A stretch of 64,000 bases of DNA from Phyllobates terribilis (Eukaryota), in the NCBI RefSeq assembly GCF_046119375.1, contig NW_027362762.1:880028001-880092000 (forward strand). Reading direction: 5' to 3'. The notes beneath the pieces were generated by a model. It was not told the DNA's origin. It did not search any database and worked only from the letters and a program-made list of their open reading frames with translations. Both the position numbers and the translations under genes were made by a program. Of this stretch, positions 51,415 through 64,000 are shown one piece after another; the stretch's first letter is position 1; each line of letters opens with the position of its first letter.

Positions 51415-53070
51415 CATCTTCTTCATAAGGAAGAAAGATGGGTTTCTTAGACTATACACTGACTATCGGGGTTGAAATAAAATCACTCTGAAAAATCACT
51501 ATCCATTGCCCACCATCTCTGAATTTTTTGATTCAGATTAAGAGAACTACCATCTTCACCAAATTAGACCTGCATGGAGATTATAATTTAATAATCACCA
51601 AATAGGGCGTTGAATGGAAGACCGCATTCATTATCTGTGATGATTACTATGAATATCTCGTTATGCCATTCGGATTATGAAGCGCACTGGCCATGTTCCA
51701 GTTTTTCATTAATGTAATTGACGCGCCCCCTGGGACATATTCCTTTTTGAGGGGAATACCCGGCACCGGATCAGATGGGGGGTTGTAGTCTCCGAGCGGC
51801 TGTGACCCGGTCCCGTGCCCAGGGCGTCAAGCTAAGTGTTATGTGGCAGCTTTACAGATGTTACTAAAGTTCTTTTGTGTCGACTACGCCACCCGTTGTG
51901 ATGCGGTCACTGTGGCCGCCGCTGCAGCAGGGTCCGCTGAGGCTGATGGTGGATGTGCAGCTTGGTGGGATAACCCCCAACGGGAGGGGTATAGCCTCAG
52001 AGGGGACAGGCGCAGAGGATGGGGGTTGTGGTGGTGCGGTGCAGCCGGCAATGAAGACAGACTCGGGTTGTGCAGTTAAGGGTGTTTACTTACTGCTGAT
52101 GTTGTACTGGTCACTCCAGCTGCTAGTGACCACCCGAGCCGTGCTGCGTCCACCAGGTCCTGGATCCGGCCAACCCCCAAACAAGTCCAGAGCGTGGCCC
52201 TGAGCTCTCCCTCTGTCCTTTCTTCAGCCGTCCCCACCAGTGATTCACCTAGGTCCAGCTCCCTCGGGCCTTCTTTTGGGACACCCTTGGCCCTGGGTTC
52301 CCTGACCCTTCATGTGGTGTGCCTTCGGGGTGAATGTGGTGGGTGACCGTGACAGACACTGCCCACGGTCTCCGGTCTCTGGCTGGGGAATGTCTTTACC
52401 CCCACCAGCTTGGGTTCCGGTACCCTCTTGCTGACTCCTCACCCGGTGCTCTAATTTGGGTTCTTGGGTCCCTTCAGTCTTCCCCCTCTGGGTCTTTCTC
52501 TGCTCCACTCTCTCTCTCTCCAGGGCTGCTGTTTCCTTCTCTCTCCTCTCCAACTGACTTGTTCTCAGCGTCTGACCCTGATCTAAGTTGGTGCCCTCCT
52601 TATATATCCCTCTATGTGTGAGCTCAGGTGACCAGCACCCAATGAGCTCCTATCACTACCCAGACTGCTCCCCCTATCTGCCCCTACACTACATGGGATG
52701 TACCACCCCCCCTCCCACTCCAGCCAGGAACAGGCTCGGTTGTACCTGCACATTTCTAAGTGGGAGTACCGTCGGCCTGCTCCTCTGGAATGGGATGTAT
52801 GTAGTGCATGCAGTCTATCTGAGCTCAGTTCCACACTCCTTCCTTACCCGGGAGTGGAATATCACACCTCTGGGTTGAGGTGCAATACCCCTGTAGCAGC
52901 CGAATCCTCAGGGTGCTACATAATCTTATGTGATGTCTTGTACCAATATGTTTTAGTCTACCTCAATGATATCCTAATCTTCTCCAAATACCTAGATTCA
53001 TTTCGACTTCATGCCAGCTCTCTGCTCCATCTTGAAGGGAATGCGAAAAAATCACCTTTATGCCAAACTA
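51415..53070 (+). pseudogene. Degenerate Ty3/gypsy reverse transcriptase, split by a solo LTR
   Basis: ...ITLKNHYPLPTISE...TIFTKLDL...EWKTAF...YEYLVMPFG (51415-51714), resuming at 52921 as ILCDVLYQYVLVYLNDILIFS. Confidence 0.85.
51719..52920 (-). mobile_element. Solo LTR of about 1.2 kb
   Basis: TAAT|TGACGCGCCCC...CTCAGGGTGCTACA|TAAT; removing it rejoins the gypsy RT frame. Confidence 0.88.
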
Positions 53071-53809
53071 GAAAAATTCCTCGGGGTGTCTTGATGTTAA
53101 AGAATCAACTGGTAAGGTGGTTTCTCTAAGCCACAGGATAGGGTGAGCAACACGCACCAAAGGCAAATCCACAGCAAAACTGGATGGCGCGTGTAACATT
53201 GAGGACCAAGACAGCGGGGTATGCAGAATGGCAGGCAGACAAGTAGAGTAGGAAATACCAGAAAACATGGAACCAGAAGTGTGGATATACTCAGGAACTG
53301 AAGATGAATAGTTAATCCAGGACTTGCAGCAGACAAATGGTTAAGGACAGAGTTGTATGCTATCATGGTCAATGACAGAGATCTATGCAGCCAGCAGACA
53401 AGTGGTTAACCATAAGGCAGCAATGATGAACAGGGAAACTGAATATTTGCTTGCAAATAATATTGCACACTGTTGGAGTAGAGATATTAGCAGAGAAGAA
53501 TTTGTTATGCTTACAACAGACAAATGTTTAATTGAAGCTCTGAGCTAGGAAGTAAATTTAGATAGTTGATAAACCGAGTTCACTGAAAAGATAATTAGCC
53601 AGCTGAATGAAGTAGTTGTTTAGGCAAAGTCTAGAATTACACATGGTAACTCAATGTTAGGCTTAACATTCAGTTAAGTAACAGCTGTGTGAGTCGGCCT
53701 TAAAAGGCCTTGAGTAATGATATCAGAGGTGGTTACCAGGTCGCTGGATCAATGGAACTGGCCATAGGGGAAGGAAACAAGAGCTAGTGCTAGTGTCAGG
53801 ATAGGTGAG

Positions 53810-56680
53810 TAAAATATGAGTTGCCTTTTCTTAGTTACATCATCTCATCTGGAGGTTGGCGTATGAACCCAGAAAAGGTTTCTGCTTTTAGATTGGCCAC
53901 AACCCAGTTGCCTTAAATCCATTCAAAGTTTCTGTGAGGATCTGCCCTCTTACTAAAGACTATGAGACTTTCCCATCACGGAGCACCGGTTCCGTCTATA
54001 TTATTATTATGTTTTATTAGTGATTTACTTGTTATGTTTTGTATAGTTCTGCTTGCTTGTCAGTATGTCCACTGGATTCACTTGTAAAATGTCCAGCATT
54101 CCACTAATCTCATCTGTATCTCAGGAGTCTCTAACCATTGTTCCAACAGAGAATAATCTCATTGTGTGAATGTTAATTGTAGACATAGTGGAGCTGTCAC
54201 CACAGGGGGTCTTACATGCAATCTCAAATGAAGGCTCATGGAATATTCTTCATTGTTACAGTTAACAATAAATGTTTAAGGGGGGGGGTATCATCACATC
54301 TGACCTTGGAGGGGGCTGAGCCCAGAGAGGGAGAAGGTACATATTTTAGTCAGAATTGATGGAAGGACGCTGGAGGGATAGGATCTATGGCTGTGAACTT
54401 GGGACTGATGGATGGATTGCTTACGGAGTGTTGGAGAAGAAGAGTTATCATCTAAGCTGGATAAACGTGCTACAGTTGTGGATATGTCGTTTGGTTTTAA
54501 ACTTTATTCAAGGACTGTTGCTACTGGACATCTGTGCTTCCATTGTTTTATCTGTCATCCGAAGGATCGTGGACTATGGCAACAGACTATACTGGCTGGA
54601 GATACAAAATCTGTGGGCCGACCAAAAGTTGGGAGTCAGTGAGTATGGCCTGATACAAAGCCAATGGAACTACTGATCCCAGGTTGAGAACTTAAGGACC
54701 GAGAGAACTGTATTTTGGCTATTTACTTGGAATTGCTGCATTACCATGGAAGTGATTAATAAAATATTGTTGCATCGTTAACCTGCCTAGGTGATTACTT
54801 ACAATCCACAATATCAGATTCTTACAGGTTCCTAGGGTTTGCAAACTATTACCGACAGTTCATTAAAAATTATTTTCAAGTGGTAGCTCCTCTTGAGACC
54901 CTCACTCAGAAGTGTGCTAGTTCTCAGAGCTACCCAGAATCTAGTATTCAAGCCTACAAGCAACTTAAGTTTTTTTCCATTGCTCTAGTTGTACAACACC
55001 CAGATTTCGAATGGCTGTTTTTTTTAAGTAGATGCCTCCTATGTAAGAACAGTTCTTTCACAGAATTGTTCTGAAATTACAAATGATCCCTATGGTCTCT
55101 TCTCCAGGAAATTCTCTCTAGCAGAAAGGAATTACATTGGTGACCAAGAACTTTTAGCCATAAAATTAGGTTTGAAAGAATGGCAGCATCTACTGTACTT
55201 AAAAAAGCTAAGTTCACCAATGATGATTTATACAGACCATAAAAATTCATAAGACAGAGTTTGTAGCATCCTGTCCCAAGGGTAAACAGCTGAAATCTTC
55301 TTGTCAAGCGTCTGTTGTTCTTTTACAGGCCCTACCTCATCCACAAGAACTCTGGGCTGAAATTTTCAAGTACTATGCTACAGATCTTCCGAAAAGATTC
55401 ATCACTATCTGGATCATACTAGACTATTTTTCAAGATGTCTTGTTTTGTTTCTTTATCTGGACTTCAATCTGCTCCATAGCTTACTGAAATGTTCTGCAA
55501 ACAAATTGTGATGCTAGTCACTACTTATGGACAAGCCACGAGGCTGGGTAGTCAAGAGGTCCGAGGTCAAAAACCAAGTAAGTACATCATAGACAGAGGG
55601 GTGAGACAAAAGCATAGTCAGGTCACTGTCCTGGGTCAGAATTTCAATAAGGCAGCGGATCACAACAAGAGGGCTAGGCAAACGCAAGGTCAGAGGCAAA
55701 TTCAAGGTCATGCAACAAAGATCAGAATACAAGACTAAGAACACAGAGCACACACACACACCTTTTGAGCAAAGCTACAATTGGCAGAAATCGAAGGCAG
55801 AGAGCAGACTAAATAGCATGGTAATTACTCCAAAGAGAAGACACATGGATGAAGCCCCAGCATGCCCTGGCCCTGATTAGACGGCTTAACTGTCACTCAA
55901 GACACTGACAGCTCAGCACGCCCCAGCATCCGATTGGACAACTGAGCTGTCCATCACCATACTGACAGCTCAGCACGCCACTGTCCTAAATTGGACGGCA
56001 GAACTATCACTCACTGCGTCCAGACACACTGATAGGAGGAATCGTGACACAAATTTTCTGCTTCCAAGGTCTTCCAGCATGTAAAGTGTCTGATCCTGTT
56101 GTGTGCAATTTGTTTCCAAGTTCTGGAGGGTGCTCTGCAAATTTCTCAAAAAGTCCTTAGACTTCTCCTCTACCTATCTGCCCAAAAGTAATGGGTAAAC
56201 TGAGAAGATTAATGAACGTAAGGAGCAATATTTTTGTAATGTCTCTAATTCCTAACAATATAATTGGCTGAATTTGTTGCTTTCAGCCAAATTCGCCCAC
56301 GGCAATTCAGTTTATTAGTCTTCTAGGAAATCTCCCTTTATCACAGTCAATGTGCATAAGTCTTGCCTTCTCTGCTAGTTGCATCCAAGAGTCAACTTCC
56401 TGCTGTGAATATTGTCTCTCATGACAGTAATGACATCTGGTACAATGCAGTTTGGCAGCAGCCACAACAAAAGCGAAGAAAAGCGCTGATAAACACCGTC
56501 AGCCTGTTCCCAACATCTTTCCTGGTGATAAGGTTTGGTTTTACAACAAAAGTATCTGATTAAAGCCTTGCTGAAAATAGTTGGTCCTAAGTTCAATGGT
56601 CAACTCCAAAGTATAGAGGAAATCAATCCAGTCATTTTTCGTTTGAAACTGCCTTCCACGTTAAAGATTTCCTATGCTTT
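53810..56680 (+). pseudogene. Gypsy RT-end, RNase H and integrase remnants
   Basis: FLGFANYYRQFIKNY at about 54830, RNYIGDQELLAIKLGLKEWQH at about 55130, P.SNG.TE.IN-like at about 56180; many indels. Confidence 0.7.
55507..56049. mobile_element. Solo LTR, 543 bp
   Basis: CAAAT|TGTGATG...ATCGTGACA|CAAAT: TG...CA termini and a 5-bp TSD. Confidence 0.75.
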
Positions 56681-56963
56681 GCATATTCAGTGAATGAACG
56701 CTGTGCTTCAAATGGTATTTCGGCATGCACCTCTGATAGTGGACTCTTCTACTACATGTTTTCACACTTTAACTTGGCTCTGCTTCAGCAAGATGTCAAA
56801 TTATCTTCTCAGCTGTTCCTGACTGCAATCGAGCAGCCAGCACCCTCAACACTACTGACTCTAATTACTACTTTGTCTTGACTATTCTTGTTGTTGCGCA
56901 CATTATCTATGTTCCTATAAAGGCACCTGATAACCAACTTATTTCAGCTAACCCTGGTGCTGT

Positions 56964-58224
56964 TGTGGCGCCCCTGAGGGTTCAGTCGCCACAGGGGTAC
57001 TGCACCTCAGCTTGAGGTGTGGTATCTCCTCTTCCAGGTAAGGATGGAGCACTTCTCTGGACCCTACTTCACCATTCAACACAACACCATTCCTGTCCTG
57101 TAGGGGGCCTAAATGCACCAGGGTGCTGCCCCGGCCCGGGATATAGGAGATGGGGGGAACCATAGTTAGGGGGAACCATGTAGTGGGTGAGGCTGGAGAA
57201 CACACTTTTAGGTTACACTTATTCATATTTAATCTACAGCCATCTTAGATTCAAGGTCTTTGATTGTGATCTTCATCGCTGATTGTGGCCTTCTGCAAGA
57301 ACCTGCAGCCTATTGAAGATACACGGTCCTCGTTCTCTGGCCTTGAGACGGGGAGCGGGTCAGAGTTAACCACTGTCTCTACCCGGTCAAGGTCCCTACT
57401 TAAGAAGGCCTGGAGGGGAGCAGAGGAGACAAGCTCCACAGGCAAAAGGATCCCTGGGGGATATGGACGGAGCGGCATACGCCACCTGTATTTCTTACTC
57501 TGGCCTAGTCAGAGGGACTCCTGCTGCAAGAGGGGTGACCGGCCACCGATATCTGACTCTGTTACTTCACGTCTCAGTCAGAAAAGCCCGGAGGCTTAGT
57601 GGATCCCAGGAGGGATACGGACGGAGCGGCATACGCCACCTGTACCTCTCTACCTGTGTTTATCCAGTGGGACCTGGCCTTACACCTAGTTCTAACCACG
57701 CATACAGTCAAGTGAAGACTTAGTGGGAGAACTCACCAAGGAGAGTACACACACACCAGAGGGGTCTCGACAGGTGCTCCTGATCTATCTGGAAAGTGCT
57801 GGACCCCCTTCCTGGTGGCCGCAGCACGCAGCGAGGAGCAGAGGGAAGTTTTGTGGCTAAAGTACATCTGAATGTGAGTAAAAACCCTGGATGACTTCAC
57901 ACCCTGCTTCAGCCTGTTATTTCCTGCGCGGCACTGCACCCACCATTCCTCATCACACTGCCCTGAGGCCTGCTCCGCCTGCGGGGAGCCGTCCCATCTA
58001 AGCTGCCCCTTTAACACGGCCTCAGTGGACTGAAGCAGCGCTGGTGTTCATCACCGGGAACCGCAGGTTGCGTAGTCGGAAAATACCACTCAACCCTGAA
58101 AACCCATTAAATCTTTTATGTGACGGCCCTGGGCACGGACCGGGTCCAGGCCACGACTGCAACCCCCAACATCTGACCCGGCTCCGAGTAACCCCATCTC
58201 CCAGGGAGGGCTGAGAGCGTCACA
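56964..58224 (+). mobile_element. Solo LTR of about 1.26 kb
   Basis: CTGT|TGTGGCGCCCCTGAGGGTTCAGTCGCCACAG...GAGCGTCACA|CTGT; 4-bp TSD. Confidence 0.85.
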
Positions 58225-59999
58225 CTGTCACACGCTCAACTCTTTTAAATCATGTTGCATGATCACTAACTAGCTATTCTTGGTGCTGTCCAAACTCGCA
58301 ACAAGGTGCTAGATTGCCTACAATGCTGTATCTAGAACTTCCCCACTTACAGCCCTGCATATCCACCTGCCATCTGCATATCCAGTTTTACTTGTCCTCA
58401 TTGCTCCACTTAGCAACTGGTAAGTCCAGCTTCATTGCATCAATTCCTCAGTTCATTTCTGATTACCAGGGCCACCTCTGCAATGGGGTGAGATGAGAAT
58501 CTCACCTCCGTTTACGGCATTTTGCCCCCCAGGAGCAGGATTCAGCCAGACCTCCAAACCTGTTGTTAACCTGACGGACAGTTATTTGAAATGGTAGAAT
58601 GCTGGTTCCCATCTATCTGTATACAATTCTATTTGCATCTTCTAGAGCACCAAAGCGGCAGCCGGGGCATAGACAACGTGCAGCGGTGTGATGAATTTAT
58701 TTAATCACGCTGCTGATACCATTCCTGGGCTGTAAAGGCTGTGAATACTATGGGGAATATAAGCACTTCGTAGTGAAGCCGAATATAAAAGGGACTTTTA
58801 TTGTAGACAGGGAGCACAGCATGTGGGACAGTATGTAAAGGGCGGATATGAGACCAGGCACAATATACAGAAGGGGCAGTGTGAGGGGAAGGATAATGAA
58901 AAGAGAGGGCACCGTGGGAGGGACACAGAAGATAGGGACATTGTGGAGACCATAGTCCATAAGGGGGTACTGTGTGGTGGTTATAGTTCATAATGAGATA
59001 CAGTGTGGCATTTATAGCTAAATAGGGAGGACAGTGTTGTGTTAATAGTTCATGAATGCGGACGGAGTGGTGGTTATAGTTCCTATGGGCAGACGATGTG
59101 ACGGTTATAGTTTATAAAGGTTGATGGTGTGGCGATTATTGTTACCAGATTAATAAAATAAGCAACTTAGGGGGAAAAGTAGGGGGAAAAGGGGTGATAT
59201 CAAGGGGGTACTTAAAAAACCAAGGTAATGGTAATAATAATTAGAATAGTACAGTAGTGAGTAAAAACAAACAATTTCATTGGTTCAGTTAAAACAATTA
59301 TTAGAGATAAAAGATGGCGTGCGGATAAGATCGGGGGATTTAAAAGATGAAAACTGTTATAGGCACGGAGTAAAAGATTTCCTTGTAGCTTTTGGTTTAG
59401 TATATAGTATGGTCCTTAGTTTTCCAATGGGTATAACATGACTTAGAATGCGGTCATCGACTGGAGGAGAAAAGAGAAGAGACCAAAAAAAAAAGATAAG
59501 AACCTCAGGTGCACAAGTAATTGCCTGTGGAACTGTGGATGGAGAAACAGTTACCTTCCTAGGGGTGGGGGAGGGGTCTTATGGAGGGAGGATCCGGGTA
59601 GGAAACCTTCTCTGTGAACTGAAGGAAAAATAGACAGGTAAGGTAAAAAGTGGTTAAGGCAATAGAGAAAATGTTAAGATATGGATATATACCTGTAAGT
59701 TACTTCTGAGAGGGAGTCAACGCAGCCCTTGTGGGGGGTACGTAGATGGGGTCTCAGAGGCTGAGAATCAGATGGCACCGTGTTACAGAGGTAATTAAGA
59801 CTAAATAAATTTCCCCTATGATGAAGTGGCAGGTAGGACAATAAGGTTACCTGTTCAATCAATGGACGTAGTGTAACCTGAAGTGACTAGTCTTTTTGTG
59901 ATAAGTGGCTGGATTTTCTGGCAGATATCCTTGGCAGTGATGGTTTACTGGACATAAACACAAACTGCTGAAGATGGAAGCAATAGAAGAATGCCAGCC

Positions 60000-61500
60000 C
60001 ACGTTCTCTGTCAAGGGTGGTTAGCGGAGGAGACTTCACTGCTGATTCAGCGATCCAGTATCCCCTTTGCTCTGTGAGGGGGGTAAGCAGCGTGGAGTCT
60101 CTATCTGCAGCTGATAGCCCCTGTAGTAGAGGAAGGTAGGTACTGCAGAGTAGGGTGGATTATGTGCTTGAGATTCCTCTCCGGTAGCTGGTTCCATATG
60201 CACACTTCTAGTTTTCTGCAGAAGTGTTGGTGTTGTGTTGAGCGGCTGCATGTATAAGCGCCTAACAGAAGAGGTGATGAGACCGCAGGTAAGGTCTTCA
60301 CTTACGGTACCGACATCCAGGTCCTCAGGGATCCAGAGTGCAGGCGGTCGGTGATGCTTGGAAGGCCGGCAAGGCCGCGTGGTAAGGCTGGTGTTCTCCT
60401 CGGCGTTCCGGCGAGTGGATGAAAATAGCAAGGGGAGGGGTAGGAGCAGAGTCCCAGCCGGTGACTCAATGCTTCCCGCGTTCTCCCGGTGTCGGCATGG
60501 TTGTGACAGTCTGCGTGACGCTTTGTCACGTGGTACATGCCAAGTATGGGAGCCTGTAGGGACCAAAAAGACCTACGCGTTTCAGAAACAATGGTTTCCT
60601 TCCTCAGGGTTGGTACAAGGCTGGTCACGGGTCCCTTTTATATGCATCACATCGTTATGATTGGTTGAATGGCAGCTGCTGCAGATGGATTGCAGCTGTC
60701 ACTCATTGAAGGCAAAGAGTTCAATCTCTGAGTATAAGCCTCTTGGTTTCAGTGTGTCAAGTAAAATCCATTTACTTTCTGTACGTGACATCAGTTTGAT
60801 AAAGTCGCCTTGGCGCCATTGTCTGCGTACCAGTTGTATGCCTGTCACTTGAATGTTTTGAAAAGAGCCCCCATGTTTTTCGGTGAAGTGTTTGGAAAGG
60901 CAATGACCATCAAACTTATTTTTTATGTTACATAAATGCTCATTTATTCCAATGTACATGGGACTTTTTGTTCTCCCTAAATACAATTTTAGACGTGGGC
61001 ATTTGAGGCTATAGATAATCCCTTTGCTCGTACAAGTTATGAAGTCTGATATTTGGTATACCTTTATCGTTTTCAATGTTTTTTTATTTTTTTGTGTGGA
61101 TCTTTTTGCATACCTTACATTTTTTGCAAGGTTAGAAGCCAGTTGTTTCTGCAATATATGGTAGCATTGGACCATTTTTATTTTTATTAGGTGGATATTG
61201 AAAGGAGGGTGCTATCAGGTTACCCAGATTGCAGGCTTTTTTGAAAATGAATCTAGGGTTTTTGGAAATCTTGTCCCCAATGATTTTATCTTTTTTCAGG
61301 ATATCTCAGTGCTTATGTATAATTCTTTTTAGCAGATGGGTATTGGAGTCATACGTTGTGATAATGGGAATGTCAAAATCTGACGCGTTGTACTTGTCTT
61401 TGTTTTTATTCGGGGAACTCTGTATGATTGTTTGCCTGGGTATTTACTTGACCTTATTTTTAGCAGTATTAAGAAGATGTGGGTCATACCATTTTTTCAT
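60000..61500 (-). mobile_element. 5'-truncated Penelope-like element: RT thumb, GIY-YIG endonuclease and 3' pLTR
   Basis: ITTYDSNTHLLKRIIHKH..ILKKD...KACNLGNLIAPS (about 61370-61200); ORF 60699-61175 with FITCTSKGIIYSLKCP.LKLYLGRT...NEH...HF...H...KWILLDTLKPRGL. Boundaries approximate. Confidence 0.85.
60571..60610 (-). ncRNA. Minimal type I hammerhead ribozyme with canonical core
   Basis: Minus strand ACC-CTGAGGA-A-GGAAAC(catt)GTTTCT-GAAA-CGCG-TA-GGT; about 90 nt downstream of the endonuclease stop, on the same strand. Confidence 0.8.
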
Positions 61501-61504
61501 ATAT

Positions 61505-61800
61505 GGATAGTGGTTCTGATGATGTATTCATGTACTGATGACAGTTCTAGTGCTATATTAATGTACTTATGATGGTTCTGGTACTGTAGTCATGTATTGA
61601 TGATAGTTCTGGTAATGTCGTTTTGTACTCATGATGGTTCTGGTGCTGTATTCATGTACCTATTGTGGTTCTGGGGTTCTGGTGGTGTATTGATGTACTG
61701 ATAATGGGTCTAGTGCTGTATGTCTGTACTGATGATAGTTGTAGTGCTGTAATTATGCACTGAAGCTGGTTCTGGGGCAGTATTTATGTACTGATGATGG
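61505..61800. repeat. 31-bp minisatellite
   Basis: GTATTCATGTACTGATGATGGTTCTGGTGCT-like units; period seen at 61532/61563/61594. Confidence 0.85.
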
Positions 61801-63003
61801 TTTTACTTAAAAGCAATGATGACTGCATGTGTTTCCCTGGAGATAACAATTGTTAACAAGTGAATTCAATGATTTCAAGCACCAGCCTCCTTCTAAAGTA
61901 ATCAGTCTGTTCTTATAATTTAATCAACTTGACAATATGATATTAGCTGACTTGTCCTCGTTAACACTTTTTCTTGAAATAGTGTAATTAGTTCATTTTG
62001 TGACGGGGCTAAAAATCAGTGGAAATGGGATTTTGATTAATGTAATTTTCATGGCTGCAAAGATTGCAACTTTTTGCAATTCATCTAATCACTCTTTATA
62101 TCAATCTTGAGTTAATACAAATTGCCACTTCACTATTGAAGCTACAAACTTTGTGTAAACCAAAATTTGTGTCAGTCTCAAAACTTTTGGCTACAATGGT
62201 ATTCCCTTACTGATGGTGATTTTGGTGCTGTATTTCTGTATTGATGTCGGTTCTGGTTTTATAATCATGTGTCTTCTGACAAGCTAAGGATTGCTACATC
62301 TGTATTTATATTAAGAGCATTAAGACTTTAAATTTTGAGGGAGGCAGAGAGATGGGAGTTTTAACTCAGGGTACTGTGTAATCTGTGTGTATTCTTTTAT
62401 CCTGTGAAATATCTGTATAACATACTGCATTATCAGTATTCAAAGTGGTAAAAGTGATTTGTTATTTGTCGTGTTACAAAAGACTGCATCTACTACATTA
62501 CCTGTAGGAAAATGTTCCTTTTACCATTACTTTTATTTTATGGGTGTGGCATGCAGAAAAGGGTATGGTCTGAAAAGAGCCATGTTTTCTTCAAGCAAAC
62601 AGGGAATGTTTCTTAAAATTTGAATCCCACCCCTGCCATTCCCAGAGATCTCCGCTTAAAAAACTCGGTATTACCATAGAGCAGTTCGGAGTGTATATTG
62701 GGCACAGTAACTGAGTCCATGCCACAAGCAATAGCTGCCGGCTGTTAGACAGTCGGAATCTGTCTCTAAAAGTAGCCTCCATAGCTAAGCTATGAACACT
62801 ACTATTAACCATTTAGATGCTGCTGTCAACTTCTGACAGTGGCATTACATGGAGAGGTTGCCAGAACTACACGCTGACCAACTCCCATTGGCCCCCTGCG
62901 ACAATCTGAATTTATTCAATGCAGGTTTCAATTGCACTACGAGTAGGGGTGCCATTTCAATCTTACCCTAAAGCAGCAGGAAAGCTAGAATCGGCCCTAC
63001 TAC

Positions 63004-64000
63004 CAGGGCCGGCTCCAGGTTTTTCTGTGCCCCTGGCGAAAGAGTCTCAGTGGGCCCCTTTAACACATACCACGATTCATGATGCAGAGATACCGCAGAG
63101 AAATATATATATATAGTACAATGCAAAGATTTCACTTCATGAGTGATATCTATTGTAAATTCCACAATAGCTCAGAAACCGGTGAATCGCTCCACACAGA
63201 ATAGTGGCCCCCATATAAGGCTCCATACGGAATACTGGTCCCCATATAACGCCCATACGGAATACTGGCCCCCATATAACGCTTCATACGGAATACTGGC
63301 CCCCATATAAGGCCCCATACGGAATACTTGCCCCCATATAAGGCCCCATACGGAATACTGGCCCCCATATAAGACCCCATACAGAATACTGGCCCCCATA
63401 TAAGACCCCATACGGAATACTGGCCCCCATATAAGGCCCCATACGGAATACTGGCCCCCATATAAGGCCCCATACGGAATACTGGCCCCCATATAAGACC
63501 CCATACGGAATACTGGCCCCCATATAAGACCCCATACGGAATACTGGCCCCCATATAAGACCCCATACGGAATACTGGCCCCCATATAAGGCCCCATACG
63601 GAATACTGACCCCCATATAAGGCTCCATGCGGAATAATGACCCCCATATAAGGCTCCATGCGGAATACTGACCCCCATATAAGGCTCCATGCGGAATACT
63701 GACCCCCATATAAGGCTCCATGCGGAATACTGACCCCCATATAAGGCTCCATGCGGAATACTGGCCCCCATATAAGGCTCCATACGGAATACTGGCCCCC
63801 ATATAAGGCTCCATACGGAATACTGGCCCCCATATAAGGCTCCATACGGAATACTGGCCCCCATATAAGGCCCCATATGGAATACTGGCCCCTATATAAG
63901 GCTCCATATGGAATACTGGCCCCCATATAAGGCTCCATAAGGAATACTGGCCCCCATATAAGGCTCCATACGGAATACTGGCCCCCATATAAGGCTCCAT
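63004..64000. mobile_element. hAT-like MITE left end followed by a 31-bp satellite running off the window
   Basis: CAGGGCCGGCTCCAGG terminus at 63004; units GGAATACTGGCCCCCATATAAGGCCCCATAC from about 63200 to the end. Confidence 0.8.

Noticed and set aside
63150-64000. Three minus-strand ORFs of 230-260 aa (GPVFRMGPYMGASIPYG repeats)
   Set aside because: A 31-bp stop-free unit read in all three frames.
28137-64000. Apparent absence of GPR15, the mammalian 3' neighbour of CPOX
   Set aside because: No long GPCR ORF is seen, but intergenic distances here are inflated by repeats, so it may lie beyond the window.

Overview
Vertebrate genomic DNA, most likely an anuran (inferred from the repeat repertoire: TTAA-flanked T2/Kolobok MITEs, TWA-flanked PIF/Harbinger MITEs, Tc1, hAT, Penelope-like and gypsy elements). 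The only gene I recognise with confidence is a complete 7-exon CPOX (coproporphyrinogen III oxidase, + strand, 17732-28136, 406 aa). It has a ZNF143-type promoter and a 1.9-kb GC-rich minisatellite in intron 1. Downstream, a chain of phase-compatible + strand exons (about 30051-44992, including a His-rich exon) may be an unrecognised gene of about 260 aa. The rest is mostly transposon-derived. It includes two Penelope-like elements, each with a minimal hammerhead ribozyme; one has a U3-A8 core covariation and sits in an inverted pseudo-LTR. It also includes a 12-kb nested stack inside a dead Tc1, which holds a foldback element with four tRNA-like Pol III cassettes, several Tc1 and hAT pseudo-transposases, MITEs with about 31-bp minisatellite expansions, and a gypsy/solo-LTR cluster. 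Most long ORFs in the supplied track (17750-20252, 41273-43945, 63150-64000) are tandem-repeat artefacts. All coordinates and alignments were done by eye.
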